Assembly (NCBI GenBank): GCA_951406725.2
Contig: OX597815.1
Location: 46,314,001-46,378,000 of the forward strand
DNA length: 64,000 nucleotides
Direction: 5' to 3'
Source: Octopus vulgaris
Lineage: Eukaryota
Shown here in pieces: positions 13,514 to 26,231 of the stretch (position 1 is its first letter; each line of letters opens with the position of its first letter). Both the position numbers and the translations under genes were made by a program. Under the pieces are notes generated by a model, which searched no databases, was not told the origin of the DNA, and worked only from the letters and a program-made list of their open reading frames with translations.

Positions 13514-14126
13514 CGAGGAAGAGGATAAGTAGAACCTTCTCATATGCGGAAGCTGAGACTAATTGAAAAAGAAGGGTAAACATAATACACACAAAAGGGA
13601 TGTAATTACACCAAACATCCCCCTGCATTTAGTACTATATCTCTTTTTCGTTCAACTTAACTTCTTTCTCTCTCTCTTTTTCTTTCCTCTCTTTTTCGCT
13701 TTCCCCTATCTCTCTCTTACCCTTTCTGTATCCCTCTTTCTCTCCTTCTCTCTCTGTCTCTCTATTTCTCTCTCTCTCCTCTCTCTGTCTTTCTGTCTGT
13801 GTGTCTTTGTCTTTTTCCTGCCTCTTTCTTTGTCCCTCTCTTACTTCTTTCTCTTTCCCCTCTCTGTCTGTCTGTCTCTCTTTCGCTGTCTCTGTCTCAC
13901 TCTCACCCTTTCCCTCCATATATTTTATCTTTTACTTGTTTCAGTCATTAGACTGCAGTCATATTGGGGCACTGCTTTTAAGGACTTGAACAAACCAGCC
14001 CCAGTATTTATATTATTTTCTATGCCTGGTATTTATTCCATCGGTCCCTTTCTACCGAAAGGTTAACTTACCGGGACATAAACAAACGAAAACCAGTTGT
14101 CAACCGTTGGTGGGAATAAGCGCGCA

Positions 14127-14205
<79 letters not shown>

Positions 14206-14262
14206 GTATAAAAGTATATATTATGTATATATATATATATTATGTTTCCAATATGTGAATCT

Positions 14263-14495
14263 TATTTCTTTATTGCCCACAAAGGGCTAAACATAGAGGG
14301 GACAAACAAGGACAGACAAACGGATTAAGGCGATTACATTGACCCCAGTGCGTAACTGGTACTTAATTTATCGACCCCGAAAGGATGAAAGGCAAAGTCA
14401 ACTTCGGCAGAATTTGAACTCAGAATGTAACGGCAGACGAAATACTGCTAAGCATTTCGCCCGTCGTGCTAACGTTTCTGCCAGCTCGCCGCCTT
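14263..14495 (-). mobile_element. SINE family A with 17-bp TSD
   Basis: TTCCAATATGTGAATCT at 14246-14262 and 14494-14510. Confidence 0.9.
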
Positions 14496-14579
14496 CCAAT
14501 ATGTGAATCTATCTAGTTATCTCCTCTTTCTCTTCATACGCGAGTATACATGCGTGCTCACACACATTCATATATCTTT

Positions 14580-14732
14580 GTGGCTGTGTGGTAAGAAGCT
14601 TACTTCCCAGCCACATAGTTCCGGGTTCAGTCCCACTACGTGGCACTTTGGACAAGTGTCTTCTACTATAGCCTCGGTCTCATCAAAGCCTTGTGGTTGA
14701 ATTTGGTGGATAGAAACTGCAATGTATGTATG

Positions 14733-14766
<34 letters not shown>

Positions 14767-14995
14767 TGTATGTATGTATGTATGTATGTATGTGTTTATG
14801 TGTGTGCGTCGCTCGACGACCGATCCTGGTGTGTTTATATCCCCGGAATTTAGCGGTTTAGCAAAAGAGAGCGATAGAATAAGTACAAGGTTTACAATGA
14901 ATAAGTCCTGGGTCGATTTCTTCCACTAAAACTCTTTAAGGCGGTGCTCCAGCATGGCTGCAGTCAGATACCTGAAAGAAGTGAAAGAATAAAAT
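14580..14995 (+). mobile_element. SINE family B with internal (TATG)n
   Basis: Head TGGCTGTGTGGTAAG...GGGTTCAGTCCC and tail GGCGGTGCTCCAGCATGGC. Confidence 0.8.
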
Positions 14996-16206
14996 AATGT
15001 GTGTGTATGTGTGTGTGTGCGTGTGTGTGTGCCTGTGTTTGTGTGTAACAGAGTGAGAAGAAGGTAGGTAAATATAAAAAAAATATAGATTGAGAGATCA
15101 TACTACAAGCAATAACGAACAAAATCTTAGAAATAGAGGAGAGAGAGAGAGCAGAGGAAGAGAGAGAGGGGGTGGAGGAAGAGAGAGAGAGAGATTGAGA
15201 GAGAGGGAAAGAGAGAAAGATCAATGGATCAGCGTGCGAGAAATAGGTGTGTATAGCCAAGTATTCCTCTTCTATGAGACTCTGAAGGTCTAGACGCTAT
15301 TTATTTCCATGGAATCAAGATAAGAAATATTACCAAAGAACGCGATAGAAACAGATGAATCGACAGAATTGGAGAGTGGATGGCTTCTGATACCGAAAAT
15401 TCCGAGAGAATTGAAACTAATAGTAAGATCCTTTTGGCAGGCAAATCATTAGAATCTGTTACAATATCTATAAGAATACTGACCATTTCTAAGATAAACT
15501 CATTAATTAATACAAGTCTCCGTAATTCTAAACCATCTTTTTTATTGCTTTACGTGTTTTTGTGTTATTTTTGCTTGTTTTCTTTTGATTGCTTTTTGCC
15601 ATTTAAAAAAAAATATTTGTCGTCCAGTTACAACCTGTTTTCTTTTTTATCTTTTCCTTTTTTTCCTATTCTCTGCATCGTTCTTTCTCTTCCTATATTT
15701 CTTTCTGTGCGATATTTTTCACTTTTTCTTATTTAGTTCTTATTTTCTGTATTTCATTCGTTGCTAGATCTCTTTGTTGGCCGAATCATTTGAGCAATGG
15801 ACAACATGTATCTAATATCTTTTTTCTCTTACATGTTTCTGTCATTTGATAACGACCATGCTGGGGCACCGCTTTGATGGGTTTTAGTCGAACAAATCGA
15901 CCTCAGAACAAATCGGCCTCTTTTGCCGAACCGCTATATTACGGGAACGTAAACACACCAGCACCGCTTGTCAAGCGGTGGTGGGGGAAAACACAGACAT
16001 AAAGACAGATAAAAATAAATATATACATATATATACATGTGGCTGTGTAGTATGAAGCTTCCTAATCACCTGGTTCTGGGTTCAGTTCCACTGCGTGGCA
16101 CCTTTTACTATAGGTTCAGGCTAACCAAAACCTTGTGGGTGGATTTGGTAGACAGAAACACAGACACACACACACATATATACATATACATACACACACA
16201 CGCACG

Positions 16207-16277
<71 letters not shown>

Positions 16278-16370
16278 TCTTTTATTCTTTTACTTGTTTC
16301 AGTCATTTGACTGCGGCAATACTGGAGCACTGCCTTAAAGGGTCTTAATCGAAAACACACATATATCTGC

Positions 16371-16438
<68 letters not shown>

Positions 16439-16673
16439 ATGTGAGTGCCTCTGTCCCCCAGTCATCGCTTAACCGATGCTAGTGTGTTAATGTCACGTAC
16501 CTTAACAATGTCGGCAAAAGAAACCGATGGAATAAGTACTAGGTTTAAAAGGTATAAGTCCTGGGTTCATTTGTTTGACTAAGACCCTTTAAGGCAGTGC
16601 TCCAGCACTGCCGCAGTCAAATGACTAAAACAAGTAAAAGAGTAAAAGAATATATCTATATATATATGTAAAT

Positions 16674-16800
16674 ACGGGGATTGGACAAAATAATGGAAAC
16701 ACCTTCAAATTTCAAACAAATTTGTTTTAATATGGGGTAGGTTCGTCTTTGGTAGTAATTACAGCTAGAATTCTACGAGGTATGAACTTGTACAAATTGG
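16674..16800. mobile_element. Tc1-like terminal fragment (one end only)
   Basis: TA followed by CGGGGATTGGACAAAATAATGGAAACACC, resembling Tc1-family TIRs; no partner TIR found. Confidence 0.4.
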
Positions 16801-16829
16801 ACTCTTTGACTTATTCTTTCTAGTATATA

Positions 16830-16903
<74 letters not shown>

Positions 16904-17197
16904 GTTAATCCAAACAAGAAAGCACAAAAAACACAACAACGCGAGGACGTGGAACAAATATAGTATTATTGGACGCTCAGGAAAGAAGGAGGGTTTAATG
17001 TTTCGAGCGGAGCTCTTCGTCGGAAACATAGGAGAAGGAAAGATCCAGAGAAGGGAAGACAGAGGAAAAAAATCGCCAACGGTACACACGGGGTCACATA
17101 TGTATGTATATATATATATATATGCACTCTATGGACTCCGTGTGGGCAGTCGTCAAAAAGTTTTTGTTCGTCATGATGCTGACATAAGTTCCTTGTC

Positions 17198-17278
17198 TTT
17201 CCTGATGAGAGGACGGCATAATGCACCCTTTATTCCTTCGGAATTAAGAATATGCAGTCTTCGAAACATGTGTCGATA
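17198..17278 (+). ncRNA. Type I hammerhead ribozyme (canonical core, long stem II)
   Basis: CTGATGA 17202-17208; stem II GAGGACGGCATA (17209-17220) / TATGCAGTCTTC (17251-17262), 11 of 12 pairs; GAAA 17263-17266; stem III C-ATGT-G; GTC cleavage triplet ending 17274; stem I weak (TTTC/GATA). Confidence 0.75.
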
Positions 17279-17320
17279 ATAAAGGAGTTTTGTTAAATCG
17301 TCGTTTGACTCCATTCTTTC

Positions 17321-17374
<54 letters not shown>

Positions 17375-17413
17375 ATATATATATGTATGTGTATATATAT
17401 ATGTATGTATATA

Positions 17414-17480
<67 letters not shown>

Positions 17481-17707
17481 GAAAATGGGACAAGAACGCA
17501 AAACATCCAGGCAGATGATACAAAAGGAGACAGAGGACGCCAACGGTACACACGGGGTCACATATGTATGTATATATATATATATATGCACTCTATGGAC
17601 TCCGTGTGGGCAGTCGTCAAAAAGTTTTTGTTCAAAACCTGTCTTCCTGATCCAGATAGACGATACAAAGAATTTTGTTAAATCGTCGTTTGAAGGATAT
17701 ATATATG

Positions 17708-17765
<58 letters not shown>

Positions 17766-18524
17766 GAAGAATATATATAAAGAAAATGGAAAACCAAAAC
17801 ATCGGGTCATTCGAAGTTTCTTTCTTTCCTCAACCGAGTTCCAGATTATCTTTGCAATTTCGGCTGGTTATACTCGAGATTGCTCCTATCTAGCTAGCCC
17901 CGCACGCTTCCTTCTGTTTCCGTCTACCAAATCCATTTACAAGACCTTGGTCCGTAGTCCGAGACTATACTGGAAGATACTTACTAAAGGTTCCACACAG
18001 TGAGACCGAACCCGGTACCATATGGTTGAGAAGCAAGCTTCTTACCACACAGCCACGCCTGTGCCTATGTATTACAATGTTTGCTCCGTCACTTTACGCT
18101 CTGATTTCTAATCCTGCCTATCATCCTTTCGGACTTGATAACCAGTCACGTACTGCTATCAATATTATCGATTATTCCCCTTCTCTTAAAACTACTGGCG
18201 TTGTACCAAATTTAGAAACAATTACTTTATTCCTTTTTTTTCATATTGATGTCTTTCTTCCAAATTTTCTTACTTGCTTTGTTTTCCTTCTTTTAATCGA
18301 TTTTACTTTCGTTTTTATTCTCTTATATCTTTGTTAGCCGCCTGTTTTTTTTTTTTATTCTGCTTCTCTGTTTTGCAATTCTGTCTTCCAAAACCCATTT
18401 TTATTTTGCTTTTATTTTTCAATTTCTCATTTCCTTTGTTCAACTCTGTCACTGTGTTTATGTCATTCATTTCCAATTTGTTAATGAATTAACAGCTAAG
18501 ATTCCTGAATGCATAATAATAATG

Positions 18525-18566
<42 letters not shown>

Positions 18567-18585
18567 GTAATAATAATAATAATAT

Positions 18586-19090
18586 CTGATTGGAAGTGTT
18601 ATCATGTACATTGTTTTGTCTTGGTATAAAAGATGGGCTACAGCAAATATTCTGCTCAATACCACAGATTTGCTTGTCAGTTGTTTGACCTTAACCAGTT
18701 GAGTATGTCCTTAGTGGCTGACGATATGTGCATCTCTGATCACGAGCAGAAGTAGTAGGGGGCATCGTAGCCGTGTGTTAAGAGGGATTCTTTGGAGTTT
18801 GAATAATTCTCCTCTGGAAACATGGGTCGATCGTTCAACATCCTTAAACAACCCTTATTCAGGGACCTTTTGAGCAGAATGGGTTACTCGACCAGAGGAA
18901 AATTCTAACTGGGCCCCACCTGCAAGGTCATGTGCTGTTTATCTTGATATGAGATCACCATGTCGCGCACATATGGTTGTGATGCATGTGCCTAGTGTAC
19001 CCTTATCAGACGGGTAGTCACGATGGGTATACTGGGTTTCGTATATTTTACCCCAGTGTCACTTTGATGGCATGCACTGCTCTCTCACTC
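18586..19090 (+). mobile_element. 5'-truncated retroposon 3' region inserted in (AAT)n
   Basis: Reverse complement of 12729-13240; both flanks are (AAT)n; same 3' end CTCTCTCACTC. Confidence 0.75.
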
Positions 19091-19209
19091 ACTTAATAAT
19101 AATAATAATAACAATAATAATAATAATAATAATAATAATAATCCTTTCTACTGGTGGCAAAAGACCTTAGCGATAGGCGAAATACCGCTAAGCATTTCGG
19201 CCAGCGTGC

Positions 19210-19261
<52 letters not shown>

Positions 19262-19477
19262 GTAATAATAATCCTTTCTACAAGACCTGATATTTGAGGG
19301 GAAGGGGATAGGTCAAATTGACCCCAGTGTTCAACTGATACTTATTTTATCGGCCCTGAAAGGATGAGAGGCAAAGTCGACCTCGGCGGAATTTGACCTC
19401 AGAACGTAGAGACGGACGAAATGCCGCTAAGCATTTTGCCTGGCGTGCTAACGATTCTACCAGCACTTAGTCTCCAT

Positions 19478-19518
<41 letters not shown>

Positions 19519-19522
19519 TGAT

Positions 19523-19564
<42 letters not shown>

Positions 19565-20591
19565 CAGACAGATAAACGTTTTAAGAGCTCAATGGCAGAG
19601 TCATTGCGTGCCTTGCAGAATTTGTTCCGGCTTGTTCTTTGAGCTCAAATCTCACCATGGCCAACTTTACCTTTTATCGCTTCAGGATTGATAAAGTTCT
19701 GGTCAACTACTGGGTCAGTTTCTGCTCTCTCTCTGTCTCTCTCCCTCTCTCCACCTATCTATCACTCAAAAACTGCGACGCTGAACTGACTTAGAAAAAA
19801 GGCGTCTTCACATCTTAGAAACTGACTTAGAAAAAAGGCGTCCCGACAGTATTTCATTACAAAGTGTTGTGGACTTGGTAAGAAAAGAAAGTCACTAAAT
19901 AGGTTTTTTTAGGATGTGAAACCTGGCAGGATGTCATGACTTCTTATTCAGAAATAGTTTGGGTAGAACGAACTTTTAAAACGCCGAGGCCAATGTGAAG
20001 TCTACACTGACATCATTTGACAACGAAAAGCCAGATTTGTTTTTTTTTTTTTCTGGTGGTTACAGCTATTACAAAAAAAAAAAAAAAAAAAAAGACGGAG
20101 TTAGCAGAATATTCGAAATTCCAGAATCTCAACACCTTTTTCAAGTACCATATTAAACTTAGGGCAAGACTGAAGAAAGAAGTACAGCCATTTAGCGCAT
20201 TAAAAAAATGGATGAGAATAACAAATGTGAATTAAATTAGGAGATCAACATTTCAGCTTGTCAAGAGAAATGAATGTGAGAAAAAAAAAATAGAGAGAAA
20301 GGGGAAGAGAGGGAGAGAGATGGGGGGGGGGGAGAGACAAAGATAGGAAAGAAAAATAGAGTGATGGAGAGAGGGAGAGAGGAAGAGTGAGAGAGAGAGA
20401 AAATGAATGATGAGAGTGAAAATAATATATATTTAATGTTGGCATTTTCAATAAAATTTTAAGCAGCAAAAAAAAAAAAAACACGATTAACTGAATTGGT
20501 GACCCAATGCCAAGGTAAGCTCCTGAATACCTTTTTTTTTTTTAGACGGAGCCAGCAAGCATTTGTGAACATGTTAAAGTCACGAGACTTA

Positions 20592-20976
20592 TCTCTCTCT
20601 ATATAAACGGCAGTTTGTCTGTGTGTGTTTCTGTGTTCTGTTTGGTTGTACCCTCACCCTGACCACGGCTTTCAACCGATTCTGATGAAACTTGACACAC
20701 ACATAGCCCAATGTCATAATTCAAAACTAACGCAGCGAAAATTTTGAAAAGTTCCCCCAGTTCTGAAAAAAATCGATAAATTCGACATGGGGTCGAGAAT
20801 CAGAAACACAAACCACAGACTGTCTAGGGGACGCAACTCGACCTTTTTTAACTCTCAAAAAAAAATTTACCATCATTTTTTTTCCATTTCTTTGCTATTT
20901 TTTGGCTATAACTCTCTAAAAATGCTTTATAGTTATTTCCCTTACAAACCTGAGCAACGCCGGGCGATACTGCTAG
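20592..20976 (+). mobile_element. Non-autonomous Helitron
   Basis: A|TC 5' end, CTAG|T 3' end, subterminal hairpin CCTGAGCAACGCCGGG, internal CCGATTCTGATGAAACTTG motif typical of Helitron-N elements, no TSD. Confidence 0.85.
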
Positions 20977-21163
20977 TCTTTTATAAGAAAGAGGAACAGC
21001 ATTCACTATCATACTAACTATCTTAACTAACTAGAACGACTGCGCTAATTTCGGCTTGCCGACATATATCCGATGTGCTACATCCTAATATGTGTGTGTC
21101 AGTGTGTGTGGTGTGTGTGAGTGTGTGCAAGCATGCGCGTGTGTATGCTTGTGTATCTATGTA

Positions 21164-21196
<33 letters not shown>

Positions 21197-21438
21197 GTGT
21201 CTGTGTGTATGTGTGTGTGTAAGCATATATATATGTGTTAATTGTACTGTACTCTATTTTTTTGCTGTTTTTAAATAAATGTCCAGTTCCTTTGGTTTGT
21301 GTCTATGTTTTCGTTTCTCATTGTGTTCGACGTCCTTTTGGTGTCCTGTACTCATATATGCGTGTATATTTACATGTAGAGGTAGGTACGTACATATATG
21401 TTTATATATATGCATATGTTTTATTTTATTTATTAATG

Positions 21439-21473
<35 letters not shown>

Positions 21474-21743
21474 ATGTGAGTGTGTGTATGTATATATATA
21501 TAATATATAAATATATGCATATATACATACATATATGTATATACCTACATATATCTGTATATATACATGCATATATGGGTACAGGACAAAAAACGTTGAA
21601 CACAGTGAGAAACGAAAACATAAAAACAAAAACATAGAAACAAACTTTTTTTCAAACAACGAAAATAAACACAGAGTACAAGACATACAACACAAGGAAT
21701 ATTCCCCTTCTTCAGTTGTCCCTCTTTCATCTACTCCGCGTTG

Positions 21744-21821
<78 letters not shown>

Positions 21822-22034
21822 TGTATGTATCTTATGCACATAAATACAGTGTACATTTAAACACATAAGTGTATTTATATGAATAATATATAGTTTATTG
21901 ACTAAATTTTTACACGCTAGGCCACTGGTAATGAAAATTTCTAATATTTCTGATTACCCTTTGATATCATTAATATATATATGTGTGTGTGTGTGTGTAT
22001 CTATGTATGTATATATATATGTATGTATATAATA

Positions 22035-22114
<80 letters not shown>

Positions 22115-22149
22115 CATAAATGCACTCACATAAATACGCAATAGTAGAG

Positions 22150-22315
22150 AGGAGTGGCTGTGTGGTAAGTAGCTTGTCTATCAACCACATGGTTCCGGGT
22201 TCAGTCCCAGGTTCACTGCGTGGCACCTTGGGCAAGTGTCTTCTACTATAGCCTCGGGCCGACCAAAGCCTTGTGAGTGGATTTGGTAGACGGAAACTGA
22301 AAGAAGCCCGTCGTA

Positions 22316-22369
<54 letters not shown>

Positions 22370-22590
22370 TGTGTGTGTTTGTGTGTCTGTGTTTGTCCCC
22401 TAGCATTGCTTGACAACCGATGCTGGTGTGTTTATGTCCTCGTTACTTAGCGGTTCGGCAAAAAGTGACCGATAGAATAAGTACTGGGCTTACAAAGAAT
22501 AAGTCCCGGGGTCGAGTTCCTCGATTAGAGGCGGTGCTCCAGCATGGCCGCAGTCAAGTGACTGAAACAAGTAAAAGAGTAAAAGAGTAT
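22150..22590 (+). mobile_element. SINE family B, intact reference copy
   Basis: tRNA-like head GGAGTGGCTGTGTGGTAAG...GGGTTCAGTCCC, CCTTGGGCAAGTG, internal (TA)n(TG)n, tail ending (AAAAGAGT)n. Confidence 0.88.
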
Positions 22591-23329
22591 AGCAATTTTA
22601 TGGAGAAATATTGCATTGTTAAACCGTTTGTGAGGGCTTCATAAAAGTGAAAAATACCAGATTTAAAACAAAAACATATTCTAAAATGTATATAAATAGA
22701 ATTAATACGAAATGACATTTGAAAACAATATAAAGTTACATATTGTATAAATACGTATATAATATGTTCAGTTTCAAAATATATTTATATTTATTTTCAT
22801 TTATTTTAACATGTAGCTTCATGGTATTTTCAATCAAGTGCCACTTCGTGTTAACTGTATTGAGGCATTTGTGTTTATCTAAATAAACACAAATGTATAG
22901 GCACACATACATATATAGATACACACACAGACACACACACATACATACATACGCGCGCACACACGCACACACACATACACACACATACGCGCATAAATGT
23001 CGAACGACGTGAATGAGTGCTCAACACCGCATTGGTGGATAGAATTTTTTTATTTGTGTATTAGGGCTACCATTTGTTTCATGTTAAGACAATTATTTTA
23101 ATATCTTAACAATTTTTCAAGCCGATCACATGGAGGAATGGCGTTCGTCTTCAATCAAAGGCATTTCAGTTGTATTTATCTTATCGCCTTTCAGCATTCA
23201 AGGACTACAATAGGTTTGAAATAAGTAAAAGATAAAAAAAAAAGTAATAATGAGGACGATTTGTTCGTCTAACTCCTTCAATATGGTACTCCAGCATGGG
23301 CGCAGTCATATAACTGAAATAAACAAGCG

Positions 23330-23471
23330 TAGGAGTGGCTGTGTGGTAAGTAGCTTGTTTACGATCCACATAGTTCCGGGTTCAGTGCCACTGCGTGGCA
23401 CCTTGGGCAAGTGTCTTCTACTATAGACTCGTGAGTGGAATTGATAGATAGAAACTGAAAGAAGCTCGTTG

Positions 23472-23506
<35 letters not shown>
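23330..23506 (+). mobile_element. 5' half of a SINE family B copy interrupted by the hammerhead array
   Basis: Head through GAAACTGAAAGAAGCTCGTTG followed by (TA)n; the matching 3' half resumes at 26684. Confidence 0.85.
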
Positions 23507-23514
<8 letters not shown>

Positions 23515-23735
23515 TCAATATAGGGTGCCAAAAAAATTTTGTAGAATTCTTTTGCCACCAGCGGCCTAGTAGGAAAAAATTAAATAGTCATAGACCATTT
23601 TTAAGTTCAACAACAACAATCAAGGAACGGCCATAATAGGCCATTCACCCACTAGAAATAACAGCCAAAGCTTCAACCGCAAATAAAAGTTAATTCTGTA
23701 AACCAGGAGAAAATTTAAAAAACATTTACCCTGTA

Positions 23736-23842
23736 ATTTCTTATACGATATACCGTTTCATCTGCTGATTAATGGTAAACTAACCTGATTAAATTAAATC
23801 AAGCCAATCTTCCACAGGCCCTCAGATTCTTCAGTAAGAAAT
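23736..23842 (-). ncRNA. Type I hammerhead ribozyme, unit 1
   Basis: Minus strand reads ATTTCTTA-CTGAAGA-ATCTG...CAGAT-GAAA-CGGTATATCG-TA-TAAGAAAT; predicted cleavage between 23744 and 23743. Confidence 0.9.
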
Positions 23843-24227
23843 AGCCCAAGTCGGAACAGATATTTTCACGAGGCATTTCCGACCTTGCCAAGTTTATATC
23901 TGACCTAAAATTTTCAAATCGTCGCACTCGCGCCAAATTTATCGGCAGCAAATAAATATAAGCCGTCGATTCCATTACGGAATTAACCAGAAAATTCATA
24001 ATTAATCAATATAGGGTGGCAAAAAAAATTTTGTAGAATTCTTTTGCCACCAGCGGCCTAGTAGGAAAAAATTAAATAGTCATAGACCATTTTTAAGTTC
24101 AACATCAACAATCAAGGAACGGCCATAATAGGCCATTCACCCACTAGAAATAACAGCCAAAGCTTCAACCGCAAATAAAAGTTAATTCTGTAAACCAGGA
24201 GAAAATTTAAAAAACATTTACCCTGTA

Positions 24228-24334
24228 ATTTCTTATACGATATACCGTTTCATCTGCTGATTAATGGTAAACTAACCTGATTAAATTAAATCAAGCCAAT
24301 CTTCCACAGGCCCTCAGATTCTTCAGTAAGAAAT
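24228..24334 (-). ncRNA. Type I hammerhead ribozyme, unit 2
   Basis: Identical to unit 1 motif. Confidence 0.9.
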
Positions 24335-24720
24335 AGCCCAAGTCGGAACAGATATTTTCACGAGGCATTTCCGACCTTGCCAAGTTTATATCTGACCTAA
24401 AATTTTCAAATCGTCGCACTCGCGCCAAATTTATCGGCAGCAAATAAATATAAGCCGTCGATTCCATTACGGAATTAACCAGAAAATTCATAATTAATCA
24501 ATATAGGGTGGCAAAAAAAAATTTTGTAGAATTCTTTTGCCACCAGCGGCCTAGTAGGAAAAAATTAAATAGTCATAGACCATTTTTAAGTTCAACATCA
24601 ACAATCAAGGAACGGCCATAATAGGCCATTCACCCACTAGAAATAACAGCCAAAGCTTCAACCGCAAATAAAAGTTAATTCTGTAAACCAGGAGAAAATT
24701 TAAAAAACATTTACCCTGTA

Positions 24721-24827
24721 ATTTCTTATACGATATACCGTTTCATCTGCTGATTAATGGTAAACTAACCTGATTAAATTAAATCAAGCCAATCTTCCAC
24801 AGGCCCTCAGATTCTTCAGTAAGAAAT
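24721..24827 (-). ncRNA. Type I hammerhead ribozyme, unit 3
   Basis: Identical to unit 1 motif. Confidence 0.9.
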
Positions 24828-25212
24828 AGCCCAAGTCGGAACAGATATTTTCACGAGGCATTTCCGACCTTGCCAAGTTTATATCTGACCTAAAATTTTC
24901 AAATCGTCGCACTCGCGCCAAATTTATCGGCAGCAAATAAATATAAGCCGTCGATTCCATTACGGAATTAACCAGAAAATTCATAATTAATCAATATAGG
25001 GTGGCAAAAAAAATTTTGTAGAATTCTTTTGCCACCAGCGGCCTAGTAGGAAAAAATTAAATAGTCATAGACCATTTTTAAGTTCAACATCAACAATCAA
25101 GGAACGGCCATAATAGGCCATTCACCCACTAGAAATAACAGCCAAAGCTTCAACCGCAAATAAAAGTTAATTCTGTAAACCAGGAGAAAATTTAAAAAAC
25201 ATTTACCCTGTA

Positions 25213-25319
25213 ATTTCTTATACGATATACCGTTTCATCTGCTGATTAATGGTAAACTAACCTGATTAAATTAAATCAAGCCAATCTTCCACAGGCCCTC
25301 AGATTCTTCAGTAAGAAAT
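25213..25319 (-). ncRNA. Type I hammerhead ribozyme, unit 4
   Basis: Identical to unit 1 motif. Confidence 0.9.
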
Positions 25320-25704
25320 AGCCCAAGTCGGAACAGATATTTTCACGAGGCATTTCCGACCTTGCCAAGTTTATATCTGACCTAAAATTTTCAAATCGTC
25401 GCACTCGCGCCAAATTTATCGGCAGCAAATAAATATAAGCCGTCGATTCCATTACGGAATTAACCAGAAAATTCATAATTAATCAATATAGGGTGGCAAA
25501 AAAAATTTTGTAGAATTCTTTTGCCACCAGCGGCCTAGTAGGAAAAAATTAAATAGTCATAGACCATTTTTAAGTTCAACATCAACAATCAAGGAACGGC
25601 CATAATAGGCCATTCACCCACTAGAAATAACAGCCAAAGCTTCAACCGCAAATAAAAGTTAATTCTGTAAACCAGGAGAAAATTTAAAAAACATTTACCC
25701 TGTA

Positions 25705-25811
25705 ATTTCTTATACGATATACCGTTTCATCTGCTGATTAATGGTAAACTAACCTGATTAAATTAAATCAAGCCAATCTTCCACAGGCCCTCAGATTCTT
25801 CAGTAAGAAAT
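25705..25811 (-). ncRNA. Type I hammerhead ribozyme, unit 5
   Basis: Identical to unit 1 motif. Unit 6 (26198-26233) retains only the GAAA/stem III/cleavage half. Confidence 0.9.
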
Positions 25812-26231
25812 AGCCCAAGTCGGAACAGATATTTTCACGAGGCATTTCCGACCTTGCCAAGTTTATATCTGACCTAAAATTTTCAAATCGTCGCACTCGC
25901 GCCAAATTTATCGGCAGCAAATAAATATAAGCCGTCGATTCCATTACGGAATTAACCAGAAAATTCATAATTAATCAATATAGGGTGGCAAAAAAAAATT
26001 TTGTAGAATTCTTTTGCCACCAGCGGCCTAGTAGGAAAAAATTAAATAGTCATAGACCATTTTTAAGTTCAACAACAACAATCAAGGAACGGCCATAATA
26101 GGCCATTCACCCACTAGAAATAACAGCCAAAGCTTCAACCGCAAATAAAAGTTAATTCTGTAAACCAGGAGAAAATTTAAAAAACATTTACCCTGTAATT
26201 TCTTATACGATATACCGTTTCATCTGCTGAT

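Noticed and set aside
19784-19842. Short direct repeat AACTGACTTAGAAAAAAGGCGTC, two copies
   Set aside because: Simple local tandem duplication with no further structure.
24015-24062. Helitron interpretation of the 492-bp unit (GGTGGCAAAA/TTTTGCCACC hairpin followed by CTAG-T)
   Set aside because: No TC 5' end after CTAG, and the array ends are not at Helitron termini; the complete hammerhead on the opposite strand explains the unit better. It remains an alternative because the inverted arm begins within this CTAG.
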